Below are positions 11,035 through 20,873 of a stretch of DNA of 64,000 bases, piece by piece. A program made the translations under genes and the position numbers. The notes below the pieces were generated by a model that made no database searches, was not told where the DNA came from, and was given only the letters and a program-made list of their open reading frames with translations. Source of the stretch: Chthoniobacterales bacterium. GTDB lineage: Bacteria > Verrucomicrobiota > Verrucomicrobiia > Chthoniobacterales > Chthoniobacteraceae. Location: contig JBBQZX010000005.1 in the NCBI GenBank assembly GCA_038207335.1, positions 128,001-192,000 on the forward strand, in the 5' to 3' direction. The first letter of the stretch is position 1. Each line of letters starts with the position of its first letter.

Positions 11035-12527
11035 GCCGCCGGCGCGCGCCGTTCCGACTTCGCGCGCTTCACCGCCGCGCGCCATTTCGAGAGCCGATCA
11101 TCTCGTTCGCTCCGAGTCATCGCCGGTTCGAATCTCCGCTCCACGCTCCATTGCGATTCGAGTTCCGCGGCGTCTTTCCAAAACCCCACGCCAAGTCCCG
11201 CGAGACGCGCAGCACCGAGCGCCGTCGTCTCAGTGATCGCCGGACGCAGCACCGGCACCCCCGCGATGTCCGCCTGAAATTGCATCAGCAAATCATTCGC
11301 CGCCGCGCCGCCATCCACGCGCAGCTCCGTCAATGGCACGCGCGCGTCGCCGCGCATCGCATCGAGCACATCCGCGGTCTGAAACGCAATGCTCTCCAGC
11401 GCCGCGCGCGCGATGTGCGCCGCCGTGCTGCCGCGCGTGAGTCCCTCGATCATTCCGCGAGCGTGCGGGTCCCAATGCGGCGCGCCGAGCCCCGAAAACG
11501 CTGGGATGAAATGCACGCCATCGCTGTCTGGCACGGACTTCGCCAGCGCCTCTACCTCGCTCGAATCGCGGATGATCCCGAGCCCATCGCGCAGCCACTG
11601 CACCGCCGCGCCCGCGATGAAAACGCTCCCCTCGAGCGCAAATTCGCGCGCTCTGCCGAGACTCGCCGCCGCTGTTGTCAGCAGCCGGTGCCGCGATACG
11701 GCTCGCTCCTCGCCGGTGTGCATCAGCAGAAAACAGCCCGTCCCATAAGTGTTCTTTGCCATTCCCGCGCGCGTACAGCCTTGGCCAAAAAGCGCCGCCT
11801 GCTGATCCCCCGCAATTCCCGCGATCGGCACCCCTCGCAGCCCATCCAATGTGCATTCGCCGAGCACGCCGCTCGACACGCACACCTCCGGCAGCATCCC
11901 GAGCGGGACGCCGAAAAGCGCGAGCAACTCTTCGTCCCACTCGCCGCGCGCGATGTTGAAAAGCATCGTCCGCGAGGCATTCGTCGCGTCCGTCACATGC
12001 CGCGCGCCGCCCGTGAGCCGCCATATGAGCCACGAGTCGATCGTCCCAAAAGCCAGCTCCCCGCGCCGCGCCCGCTCCCGGGCTCCGGGCGTATGATCGA
12101 GCAGCCACGCGAGCTTCGTGCCGGAAAAATACGCGTCGAGCACCAGCCCCGTCCGTTCACGAATCATCTCCCCGAGCCCATCGGCGGACATCTGCTCGCA
12201 ATCCTCCGCCGTCCGCCGATCCTGCCACACGATCGCATTCCCGATGGGCGCACCCGTCGCGCGATCCCACACGACGGTCGTCTCGCGTTGATTCGTAATG
12301 CCCACTGCCGCCACATCACGAGCCCCAATTCCAGCTCGCGCCAGCGCCTCCGTCGCAACCGCCCATTGAGTCTCCCAAATCTCCTCCGCGTCGTGCTCCA
12401 CCCATCCCGGCTTCGGGAAAATCTGACGAAACTCCCGCTGCGTGACCGCGCGAATCGTCCCCTCGCGATCGAACAAAATCGCGCGCGAACTCGTGGTGCC
12501 CTGATCGAGCGCGAGGATGTAGCTCAT
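11031..12527 (-). CDS. glpK: Glycerol kinase
   Basis: [44 protein letters not shown]. Confidence 0.96.
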   Translation of the reverse strand: MSYILALDQGTTSSRAILFDREGTIRAVTQREFRQIFPKPGWVEHDAEEIWETQWAVATEALARAGIGARDVAAVGITNQRETTVVWDRATGAPIGNAIVWQDRRTAEDCEQMSADGLGEMIRERTGLVLDAYFSGTKLAWLLDHTPGARERARRGELAFGTIDSWLIWRLTGGARHVTDATNASRTMLFNIARGEWDEELLALFGVPLGMLPEVCVSSGVLGECTLDGLRGVPIAGIAGDQQAALFGQGCTRAGMAKNTYGTGCFLLMHTGEERAVSRHRLLTTAAASLGRAREFALEGSVFIAGAAVQWLRDGLGIIRDSSEVEALAKSVPDSDGVHFIPAFSGLGAPHWDPHARGMIEGLTRGSTAAHIARAALESIAFQTADVLDAMRGDARVPLTELRVDGGAAANDLLMQFQADIAGVPVLRPAITETTALGAARLAGLGVGFWKDAAELESQWSVERRFEPAMTRSERDDRLSKWRAAVKRAKSERRAPAA

Positions 12528-12637
12528 CGATGAAAGTCGTGCCGTTCGACGCAGCTTAAAACAAGCTCAACAGTCCACCCGCCGCCCGCCCCGAGATCGC
12601 CTCCGCGCGTTGCCGGATCGATAGCCTCATTAACCAC

Positions 12638-12871
12638 TCACTCCGCAGCTTGCTTCGTGATGCGCCCGACGATCTCGACGACGACCGGCACGCCGTTGAT
12701 TTCCGCGGGCATTAAAGCGGCGGATTTCGGAGGATGCGCGAGGTTGATCTTCACCGCGTAGCTTTCTCCGACTTGCGTGATGCCCACGCCGACGACCGGA
12801 GCGAATGCCTCGAAAGCCTTGTGCGCAGCAGCCTTCGCGGCGCGTGCGTCGTCGAGCGTCGGATTTTTCAT
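12638..12871 (-). CDS. Small hypothetical protein resembling the N-terminal domain of the adjacent protease
   Basis: 77 aa; VVGVGIT...AVKINL...PAEINGVPVVVEIVGRITK; starts 25 nt after the protease stop. Confidence 0.7.
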   Translation of the reverse strand: MKNPTLDDARAAKAAAHKAFEAFAPVVGVGITQVGESYAVKINLAHPPKSAALMPAEINGVPVVVEIVGRITKQAAE

Positions 12872-12896
12872 CGTGGAAAAGCAGTGGTCGAATCGC

Positions 12897-13877
12897 CTAC
12901 AGCGCGAGGTCGAGTTTCAGCGTGTCGAGGACGACGTGGAGGGGATTGGCGTAGGTGACACCCTGGCCGTGGCTGCCACCCTGGTCGGAGCCGGCGAAGA
13001 GCAGGCCGATTGCGCGCAGGTTCGCATCGACGATGAGCGCGCCGCTGTCGCCGCCCATGCTGAATGGGGTGTTCGTGAGGCTGTCGATTTCGATCTGGTT
13101 GTCGAAGCGCAGGTCGCCGATGCCGTATCCCACCACGACGTTGTCGAGTTCGAATGCAGTGACGCGGCCCTTCGTGAGGCCGGAGGTGCGGCCGAGTTTT
13201 GAGACGCGCGTGCCGGTGGCGACAGTACTGGGGCCGAGGCCTTTCAGAGTGCCGAGGCCAGAGAGGCGGGTGTTCGCGGTGGTGACGCCGGGCGCGATGG
13301 TGGCGAAGGCGCAGTCGATCAGATTCGTTCCGAAGCGCTTGAGGCGCACGAAGTCTGCGAGGTTTGCGGCGAGGTCGGCGGGGTTGTGTCCGCGGTCGAA
13401 GAGTCCGGGCTGTAGAATGGGGTCGCCTTTCTTCGCGCTGTTTTCGTTCGCGAGGACGTGGTTGTTGGAAAGCATCGCGACACCGCCGCCCGCGCGCGGT
13501 TTCACGAAACAGGCGAGGGTGCCCGCGGTGATTTTGAAATGGCCGACGGAGCAGCCGATGATGAGCGGGCGCTGGCGAGCGCGGAAATTCACCGCGGCGC
13601 GCTTCACGACGCGGCCGATGTAGCGCACATCAACCTCGCCTTTCGCCTGTTTCATGATCGCGGCGAGTTCCTTGCTGCCTTCCATCGCCCGACGCTGGAT
13701 GCGCACGGCGAGCTTGAAGCCTTTGCCATCGGGCGCGATGCCGAGCGCGAATGTCCGAGGGGCTGCATCGGCATCCGGCATCGGCTGCGCGGCGAGCGCG
13801 TGCAGACCGGTCTTTGCTTTTGCGAGGACTTTGGTGGCGAGGGTCTGTTTGAGTTCGCGGACGGAGTCGAGGTTCAT
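12897..13877 (-). CDS. Trypsin-like (S1, Nal1-like) serine protease with no signal peptide
   Basis: GCSVGH...AGTL, LSNNHVLA (His), ILQPG, IDCAFA (Asp), KLGRTSGLTKG, GDSGA (Ser). Confidence 0.88.
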   Translation of the reverse strand: MNLDSVRELKQTLATKVLAKAKTGLHALAAQPMPDADAAPRTFALGIAPDGKGFKLAVRIQRRAMEGSKELAAIMKQAKGEVDVRYIGRVVKRAAVNFRARQRPLIIGCSVGHFKITAGTLACFVKPRAGGGVAMLSNNHVLANENSAKKGDPILQPGLFDRGHNPADLAANLADFVRLKRFGTNLIDCAFATIAPGVTTANTRLSGLGTLKGLGPSTVATGTRVSKLGRTSGLTKGRVTAFELDNVVVGYGIGDLRFDNQIEIDSLTNTPFSMGGDSGALIVDANLRAIGLLFAGSDQGGSHGQGVTYANPLHVVLDTLKLDLAL

Positions 13878-13959
13878 GGGAGGATGGGTTTTTTGCCGAC
13901 GTAGCAGGTGGCTCTGGAAAATGCGAGGCTGCGGTTTTGAAGGACGCACGGATCAGTCT

Positions 13960-13985
13960 GGAGAGCTCGCTCGTCCCGAGCGCTG
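13960..13985. repeat. REP-like repeat, same family as 4080-4105
   Basis: 25/26 identity in inverted orientation. Confidence 0.65.
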
Positions 13986-14052
13986 GTTCGCCGTTCCGCT
14001 GGATTCCCAAGTTTCAGCTTGGTGCGCCTGAGTTCGCTGCGCGCGCTGCGGC

Positions 14053-17000
14053 TCACACGCCGCGAGGGCGGAGCTGGCGTTTTAGGATGAGGTAGAGGGC
14101 GGCGAGGAGGGCGAGGGAGGAAAGGGTGAGGACGGCAGCGTTGAAGGTGAAGACGCTCGCGGTGATCGCGATCTCGCGAGCGCCGAGGTGGAAGAGCGGA
14201 TAGTTTTTCACTGGGCTGAAGAACGCGTTCACGGGCTCGGCTCGGCGGTAATCGCTTTGCTCGGTCTCGGCTTTGGAGACGAGGTCGGTGACTTTTTGAT
14301 TCGTGTAGAGGCGCTCGGCGGTGACGCCAGTTTTGCGGCAGCGCAGGCCGCCGGCGTCGAGCGGCTTGCCGCCGATGATCCCATCCACGCGGCGCAGACG
14401 CTTTTCCACATCCTCGATCGAGCCGCACTCGAGGCCGCTGAGCAGCGCGAGTGTGTCTTTCAAATCCTCGAGCCGCGTGGCCTCCTCGGTGGTGCGCTCT
14501 TTTTGCTCCACGAGCGCGTCGATTTGTTTTTGCAAATCGTCCTGCCGGCGCGCGAGGGGGTTGAGCTTTGCCTGCGCCACGATGAGCGCCTCGTAGCTGT
14601 AGTGCGTGGCCACGAAGCGGCTGATGAGCGGGATCGCGAGCGAAGATTCGGTGTGCTTTTCGGGCTGGAGTCCGGGGTGCGTGTCGAACCAGCGGTTGAA
14701 GGTGTAGCGCAGGTCGAGGTCTTGGTTCATCTCCTCGTACTTGATGAGCGCGCCGCTGAAAATGAGCTGCGGGATGAGGATGAGCGGGACGAAATTCGCC
14801 GCCGTTTTTGCATCCGCTACGAGCGAGCTGATGAGGAGGCCGAGGCTTGTGCCGCTCGATGCGGTGATGAACATGAACGCGAAGTACGGCCAGAACATGC
14901 CGCGGATTTCGAGGATGTGATTTCCGACGAGCACGAAGAGCGCGCACTGGACGGCGGAGAAAAGCGCGAGCGTGCTGAATTTCGCGAGCACGTAATACGG
15001 CAGGCGCACGTCGAGATTTCGCTCGCGATGCAGCACCACGCGGTCGCGGATGATGTCATCGACGCTGTTCATGAGCGCGAGGAAAAGTGCGACGAGCAGC
15101 GCGACGAAGATGTAGGTCGGGATGTGGAAGCCGCTCGCGAAGTCGTATCCGGTGGGGCCGGCGTCGGTCTTTTCGTTGAAGTAGAGCGCCCATGCGATGA
15201 CGAGCGCGAGCGAAGGCGGAACGAGGAGGGTGACTATGAGATTGCCGCGGTTGCGCAGCTTCGAGATGAAGGCGCGTCGGAGTAACGTACGGAGCTGCGT
15301 CCACTCATCGCGCCAGCGGATGGGATTTCGCCGGCGCGTCTCGTCGGGGAGCGGCAGCGGCGCTGGCGCGACGGGCTGGCGGAGGCTGACCTGCTTCACG
15401 TCTTGGAGCAGGCGAAAGCTCTCGTATTTATCCCGCCAGAAGTCGGGCGAAAAGCGACGTGCGGGGATGAATTGACCGTGCGAATTTTCCTCGTAGATCA
15501 CGTCGCCACTGAGATCGCGGAGCGGAGTCTCGAGCACGTCGAAGATGAACTCGGGCCGCGTGGTGCCGCACGCGGGGCAGCCGCCGAGCTCCGTGCCGAA
15601 GTGCTGCTCGTGCTCGGCTTTCGCGAAATATTCCAGCATCTCGCGAGGCGTGCCGAAGAAGACGAGCTTGCCGCCTTTGTCCAAAAGGATCGCCTTCGAG
15701 AACATCTGGAAGAGCTTCGAGTTTGGCTGATGGATCGTGACGAGGACGATCTTGTTGTGCGCCATCGAGCGGATGATTTCGATGACGTGCTCGCTGTCCT
15801 TGCTGCTGAGGCCGCTGGTCGGCTCGTCGAACAAAAACACGTCCGCCGAGCTGATCATATCGAGCCCGATGTTCAGCCGTTTGCGCTCGCCGCCGCTGAG
15901 GCGCTTTTTCATCGGCGGGCCGACGACGGACTCGCGGCGCTCGCTGAGGCCGAGCTCGACGAGCTTCCCCTCGACGCGGCGCGAGCGGTCGCGCGAGGAG
16001 AGGTGCGGCGAGCGGATGGCGGCGGCAAATTCGAGGTTCTCCTCGATGGTGAGATGCTCGTCGAATGCGTCGTCCTGCGGGATGTAGGAGAGGAAGCGCT
16101 TGAGCGAATCGAGGTGCGCGTAGAGCGGTTTGTCGTTGAGCAGCACCTCACCGCTCGTGGGCTGGAGCTGGCCGGCGATGGCGCGCAAAAGCGTCGATTT
16201 TCCACAGCCACTCGCGCCCATAACGCACACCATCTCGCCGCGGCTGATATTGAATGATATGCCGTCGAGGCTGCGCTCGCTGCGGCGGAAGTTGTGCGTC
16301 ACATCGCGCAGTTCGAGGTTGGAAATGATGTTGCGCTCTTCCTCGATGATGCGCTCCGAGAAGTTGCACCGCAGCACCTGGCCGGTGTCGATGCGGATGA
16401 CGTCGCCGTCCTGTAACTCGGCGGTATGGCGCACCGCGACTTCGCCGACGAGGATCGGTCGGTCGGCCTGGAGGATTTCGAGTTTGCCGATTTTCTCCTC
16501 GTAGTTGCAGAGGATTTTCAGGAGCACCTCGCCGCTGGTGCCGGGCGAAAGGAGGATGTCATCGACATCGAGGAGCGATGGGTTGTTCGAGACGAGGTAA
16601 CTGGACTTGTATGCCTTGAGCTGAAAACGCCCGCCGAGGGCGCGCGCGCGGCGGCGGAGTTCGCTGAGCGGGAGCTCGGTGTCGTTGTGAAAAACGATGC
16701 GGTCGTCGAGCGTGGCTTCGACGGCTTTGCCGGCGCGGAGGGCGACGCCATTCAAGAGCGCATCGACTTCCTTCAGCGCACGCACCTGCACCTTGAGGCC
16801 GAATTTGATCTCCAGCACGGAGTCGCGCGTCCGCACTTTTTCGAGCTGCACTTCGTCGTCCGCATCGACGCTGAGGAAGACCTGCGCTAGCGAGACGTTC
16901 TTCTTCGCGTTGAAATAATACGCGAGGTCCTGATACGTGAGCACCTGCTCCGCGAGGACGATTCGCTGGCCGGAGTAGATGCGGCAAAAGGCGTTCGCGC

Positions 17001-17703
17001 CGAGCTGCCGCCCGCGCACGACGATGCCACGGGTGCTCTGATTTTTGAGCAGGATGAGGTCGTGGTATCGAAAAGCGATGAGCCGCTCGTCGCTCGCGAG
17101 GCCTTTGAGATTCACATCGGCGGCACGATTTCCTCCGAAGGTGAGCGCCTCCAGCGGCGACTGGCCGTGCTGGAAGACGGACTTGTCAGCATCGTCGTTG
17201 GCATTGAGCTGATAGACGATGTCGATCGCCTGCGCGGCCATGCCGAGCTGCGCCATGAAGCCGTAGTAGGCGACGACCTGCTCCTGATCGAGGCCGGCCT
17301 TTGAGATCAAGTCGTAGAGCTGCACGCCGAGCATGATCTTGCGCTCATTGTTGAGCCGCGGACCGAGTTTCGCGGCCATCGCGGTGAGGTCCTGCTGCTC
17401 GTTCATCGCCGTGCGGAAAAGCTTCCGCAGCTCGGAATAGACGGCCTCCGGGTAGTCGTAGCGCAGGAACCCGAGCGATGAGTCGATCTCCTCCTCGAGC
17501 ACATCTCCGTGCCCGGCTTTGGAAAATGCGGCGAGCACCTGGATGAGGAGCGGCAGCAAATTTGGCCCCTCGGCGACGGAGCGTGGCTTGCGCAGGACGC
17601 GGCGCTTCACGTCGTGCGCGAGCCGCCGGGCCTTGCGCGCAAGCGGGTTCGCGAGCACACGCTCGCGGAGCTGCTCGGTCAGTGGGTGATTCAAAAAGCT
17701 CAT
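14053..17703 (-). CDS. Fused ABC exporter (NBD before ABC-2 TMD) with long N-terminal TerB-like and FHA-like extension
   Basis: GASGCGKST, LSGGERKRLNIG, FDEPTSGLSS, TIHQP, HRERNL and six TM helices; about 450-aa N-terminal extension. Confidence 0.85.
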   Translation of the reverse strand: MSFLNHPLTEQLRERVLANPLARKARRLAHDVKRRVLRKPRSVAEGPNLLPLLIQVLAAFSKAGHGDVLEEEIDSSLGFLRYDYPEAVYSELRKLFRTAMNEQQDLTAMAAKLGPRLNNERKIMLGVQLYDLISKAGLDQEQVVAYYGFMAQLGMAAQAIDIVYQLNANDDADKSVFQHGQSPLEALTFGGNRAADVNLKGLASDERLIAFRYHDLILLKNQSTRGIVVRGRQLGANAFCRIYSGQRIVLAEQVLTYQDLAYYFNAKKNVSLAQVFLSVDADDEVQLEKVRTRDSVLEIKFGLKVQVRALKEVDALLNGVALRAGKAVEATLDDRIVFHNDTELPLSELRRRARALGGRFQLKAYKSSYLVSNNPSLLDVDDILLSPGTSGEVLLKILCNYEEKIGKLEILQADRPILVGEVAVRHTAELQDGDVIRIDTGQVLRCNFSERIIEEERNIISNLELRDVTHNFRRSERSLDGISFNISRGEMVCVMGASGCGKSTLLRAIAGQLQPTSGEVLLNDKPLYAHLDSLKRFLSYIPQDDAFDEHLTIEENLEFAAAIRSPHLSSRDRSRRVEGKLVELGLSERRESVVGPPMKKRLSGGERKRLNIGLDMISSADVFLFDEPTSGLSSKDSEHVIEIIRSMAHNKIVLVTIHQPNSKLFQMFSKAILLDKGGKLVFFGTPREMLEYFAKAEHEQHFGTELGGCPACGTTRPEFIFDVLETPLRDLSGDVIYEENSHGQFIPARRFSPDFWRDKYESFRLLQDVKQVSLRQPVAPAPLPLPDETRRRNPIRWRDEWTQLRTLLRRAFISKLRNRGNLIVTLLVPPSLALVIAWALYFNEKTDAGPTGYDFASGFHIPTYIFVALLVALFLALMNSVDDIIRDRVVLHRERNLDVRLPYYVLAKFSTLALFSAVQCALFVLVGNHILEIRGMFWPYFAFMFITASSGTSLGLLISSLVADAKTAANFVPLILIPQLIFSGALIKYEEMNQDLDLRYTFNRWFDTHPGLQPEKHTESSLAIPLISRFVATHYSYEALIVAQAKLNPLARRQDDLQKQIDALVEQKERTTEEATRLEDLKDTLALLSGLECGSIEDVEKRLRRVDGIIGGKPLDAGGLRCRKTGVTAERLYTNQKVTDLVSKAETEQSDYRRAEPVNAFFSPVKNYPLFHLGAREIAITASVFTFNAAVLTLSSLALLAALYLILKRQLRPRGV

Positions 17704-17879
17704 CGGTCGGGCGCGCGCGGGTCGGCGTTTTCGCGGGTGGGGAAAGTAGGAGCGACTCGTGGGGTTGTCGATAGGGTGAGAGTTTCGGCGTGAGTTCCGG
17801 TCGCGCATTCCTCCCTCGTATTGCTTCCGAAATAACTTCTGATACTTTCTCCGCCCCTTTTACGTTTCGTTTTTGAATT

Positions 17880-19886
17880 ATGGCTCAACCCGATAACCGC
17901 ACTCCCAAAGGCACCCGCCCTCCACCGGTGCAGGACCCGAATTTCAACTGGCGCGGGCTCATCCTCTTCGCCCTTGCCATCGCGCTCATCGGCGGTGCGT
18001 GGGCCGTGAACAAAAACGGCGTCGGCCGCGTGCGCGATCTTTCCATCAACGACCTCCTCGCGGAGATCGACGCGGGGCATGTGGACAAGACGAGCGTGGA
18101 GCTCGTGACCGAGCAGGGCAGTGCGACGGATTACATCAAAGGCACGCTCATCGACCCGGCGGATGCGGTGAAAACGCCGTTCCGAACGACGATTAATTTG
18201 CAGTTCAACAAGAAGCTCCAGCAGGACCTCCTCGACCGCGATATTCGCCCGAAAGAAACCTCGGACACCAATCTGCTCGCGTCTGCGCTGCTCGGCTTTC
18301 TGCCGATCGCGCTCTTCCTGCTCGTGCTCTATTTCTTCTTCCGGCAGCAGATTAGGATGGCGGGAAAAGGCGCGCTGAATTTCGGCAAGAGCAAGGCCAA
18401 GATGCTCGCGCGCGATAAAAACAAGATCACTTTCAAGGAGGTCGCCGGCGTCGAAGAGGCGAAGGAAGAGGTCGAGGAAATCGTCGATTTTCTCAAGGAC
18501 CCGAAGAAATTCCAGAAGCTCGGTGGGCGCATTCCGAAAGGCGTGCTGATGATCGGACCTCCGGGAACGGGCAAGACTTTGCTCGCGCGGGCTATCGCCG
18601 GCGAGGCGGACGTGCCGTTCTTTTCGATCAGCGGATCGGACTTCGTGGAGATGTTCGTCGGCGTGGGCGCCAGCCGCGTGCGCGACATGTTCGAGCAGGG
18701 GAAAAAAAGCGCGCCGTGCATCATTTTCATCGACGAAATCGACGCGGTTGGCCGGCATCGCGGACACGGTATGGGCGGCGGGCACGATGAGCGCGAGCAG
18801 ACGCTGAATGCGCTGCTCGTCGAGATGGACGGCTTCGACACTCAGGAGGGCGTCATCATCATTGCGGCCACGAATCGGCCCGACGTGCTCGACCCGGCGT
18901 TGCTGCGCCCGGGACGTTTCGACCGGCAGATCACGGTGAATTTGCCCGACGTGAAAGGGCGCGAGGAGATTTTGAAAGTTCACTCGAAAAAGGTGAAGAT
19001 CGCCGAGGGGACCGACCTCGCGGTGGTCGCCCGCGGCACGCCCGGATACAGCGGCGCGGAGTTGGCGAATGTCATCAACGAAGCGGCGCTGCTGGCGGCG
19101 CGGAAAGGCTTGAAAGTGATCTCTCTTCCGCAGCTCGAAGAAGCGCGCGACAAGGTGCGCTGGGGCCGTGAACGCCGCAGCCTGGCGATCAGCGAAAAGG
19201 AAAAGGAGAACACCGCGTATCATGAGGCGGGGCACGCGCTTTTGCTCGAGATGCTCGAGCACACGGAGCCGCTGCACAAAGTGACGATCATCCCTCGCGG
19301 GCCTTCGCTCGGCTCCACGATGTGGCTGCCGGAGGAGGACAAATACAACATGCGGAAGAAGGAACTCATCGACAGCCTGTGTGTGACGATGGGTGGGCGC
19401 GTGGCGGAGGAAATCATCTTCGGCGACGTGACGAGCGGGGCGCGCGGCGACATCAAGCAAGCCACCGGAATGGCCCGCAAGATGGTCTGCGAATGGGGCA
19501 TGAGCGAGAAGCTCGGCATGGTCGAATACGGCGAACACGACGACTACGTGTTCCTCGGTCGCGAGTTGAGCAAGGCGCGCGACTACAGCGAGGCAACCGC
19601 GCAGGAGATTGACCGCGAAGTGCGGAAACTGTGCGACGACGCATACGCCCGCGCGAAAGAATTGCTGAGCAAACATCGCGACCGGCTCGAGACGATCGCC
19701 AAGGCGTTGCTGGAATTCGAGACTCTCGATGGAGCGCAAATCCGCGACATCATCAAGCACGGCGAGATGAAAAATCCGCCGTCCGCTCCGACCCGCCCAA
19801 GCAGCCCTCCAGTCGAGAAGACGCACGATGCGGGCACCACGCTCGCGCCTGACTACCCGACCGGCCTCACCGAGGCTCCGGCGTAG
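17880..19886 (+). CDS. ftsH: ATP-dependent zinc metalloprotease FtsH
   Basis: Two TM helices, [42 protein letters not shown]. Confidence 0.97.
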   Translation: MAQPDNRTPKGTRPPPVQDPNFNWRGLILFALAIALIGGAWAVNKNGVGRVRDLSINDLLAEIDAGHVDKTSVELVTEQGSATDYIKGTLIDPADAVKTPFRTTINLQFNKKLQQDLLDRDIRPKETSDTNLLASALLGFLPIALFLLVLYFFFRQQIRMAGKGALNFGKSKAKMLARDKNKITFKEVAGVEEAKEEVEEIVDFLKDPKKFQKLGGRIPKGVLMIGPPGTGKTLLARAIAGEADVPFFSISGSDFVEMFVGVGASRVRDMFEQGKKSAPCIIFIDEIDAVGRHRGHGMGGGHDEREQTLNALLVEMDGFDTQEGVIIIAATNRPDVLDPALLRPGRFDRQITVNLPDVKGREEILKVHSKKVKIAEGTDLAVVARGTPGYSGAELANVINEAALLAARKGLKVISLPQLEEARDKVRWGRERRSLAISEKEKENTAYHEAGHALLLEMLEHTEPLHKVTIIPRGPSLGSTMWLPEEDKYNMRKKELIDSLCVTMGGRVAEEIIFGDVTSGARGDIKQATGMARKMVCEWGMSEKLGMVEYGEHDDYVFLGRELSKARDYSEATAQEIDREVRKLCDDAYARAKELLSKHRDRLETIAKALLEFETLDGAQIRDIIKHGEMKNPPSAPTRPSSPPVEKTHDAGTTLAPDYPTGLTEAPA

Positions 19887-20137
19887 TCAATCTGCCAGCA
19901 GCAGGCGCCGCCGGCTTCGTGATGCCGGATAGATTCCACGTTTTCTGCATGGCCGGGCGAGCAGCTTTTCGAGCACCGAGGGCGTTGAGTGCGGGAGACC
20001 GTCGCCCAGCGTGGCGGGCTGCGGAGAGGCCTTCGGATTGCGGGCGCGATTCATCGACAGTCGAATATTGAGCGTCGCATTGTCATTCGCGATCGGTGGG
20101 CGGCTTGAGCGTTTCATCGGCGCGCATATTTTTGGCG

Positions 20138-20767
20138 TTACATCGCTCCGCTGGTGACGAGCGTCCAGTTCCGCTGCACGTAACAAATTCCCGACCAGAG
20201 TGTCAGCACCAGCACGACCGCGATCAGCACCGGACCGCCGAACTGCCACGCATCCGCCCACGGCGTGCCGATGAAGAACCAGCCCGCGCGCTGCATCTCC
20301 GCGAGCGAGAGCAGCGTGAGAAAATAGAGCACGCAGATGATCTGCCACGCCGTCTTGTGCTTGCCGATCTTGTCCGCCGGGAGCACCACGCCCTTCCCCG
20401 CCGCGAGCAGGCGCAAGCCCGTGATGAGGAACTCGCGGCTGATGATCACAATCACCGCCCAGCTCGGAATCGCGTGCTCCGGGATGAGGCAGACGAAGGC
20501 CGCGGCCATCATGATTTTATCCGCGAGCGGATCCATCAGTTTTCCGAAATCCGTCACCAGATTCCGCCGCCGCGCGATCGCGCCATCGAGGTAATCCGTG
20601 ATACTCGCTGCGATGAAAAACACGAGTCCGGCGGAGTAGCCCCACGCCCAGCTCATTGTCGGCGGCAGGCCGGAGGTCTCCGTCCGGCGCCACGCCGCGG
20701 TCATCGACGCGACGAAAAACGCCGTCAGGAAAAAGCGGCCGACCGTGAGGCGATTCGGCAGATTCAT
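20138..20767 (-). CDS. pgsA: CDP-diacylglycerol--glycerol-3-phosphate 3-phosphatidyltransferase
   Basis: MNLPNRLT, TDYLDGAIARRRNLVTDFGKLMDPLADK, REFLITGLR, GKHKT. Confidence 0.9.
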   Translation of the reverse strand: MNLPNRLTVGRFFLTAFFVASMTAAWRRTETSGLPPTMSWAWGYSAGLVFFIAASITDYLDGAIARRRNLVTDFGKLMDPLADKIMMAAAFVCLIPEHAIPSWAVIVIISREFLITGLRLLAAGKGVVLPADKIGKHKTAWQIICVLYFLTLLSLAEMQRAGWFFIGTPWADAWQFGGPVLIAVVLVLTLWSGICYVQRNWTLVTSGAM

Positions 20768-20873
20768 CGCGTAGAAGCGGTGCGAATTGAAATCACGTTT
20801 GCCATCCCGCGCACTCTGCCGCTACCCTCCGCCCCCTTCCAAACGGAAAATCCAGAAATCGCCTAACACCCTT

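Noticed and set aside
19887..20117. Small minus-strand ORF between ftsH and pgsA (MKRSSRPP...)
   Set aside because: It fills the gap, but has no recognisable domain or clear RBS, so it cannot be supported as a gene
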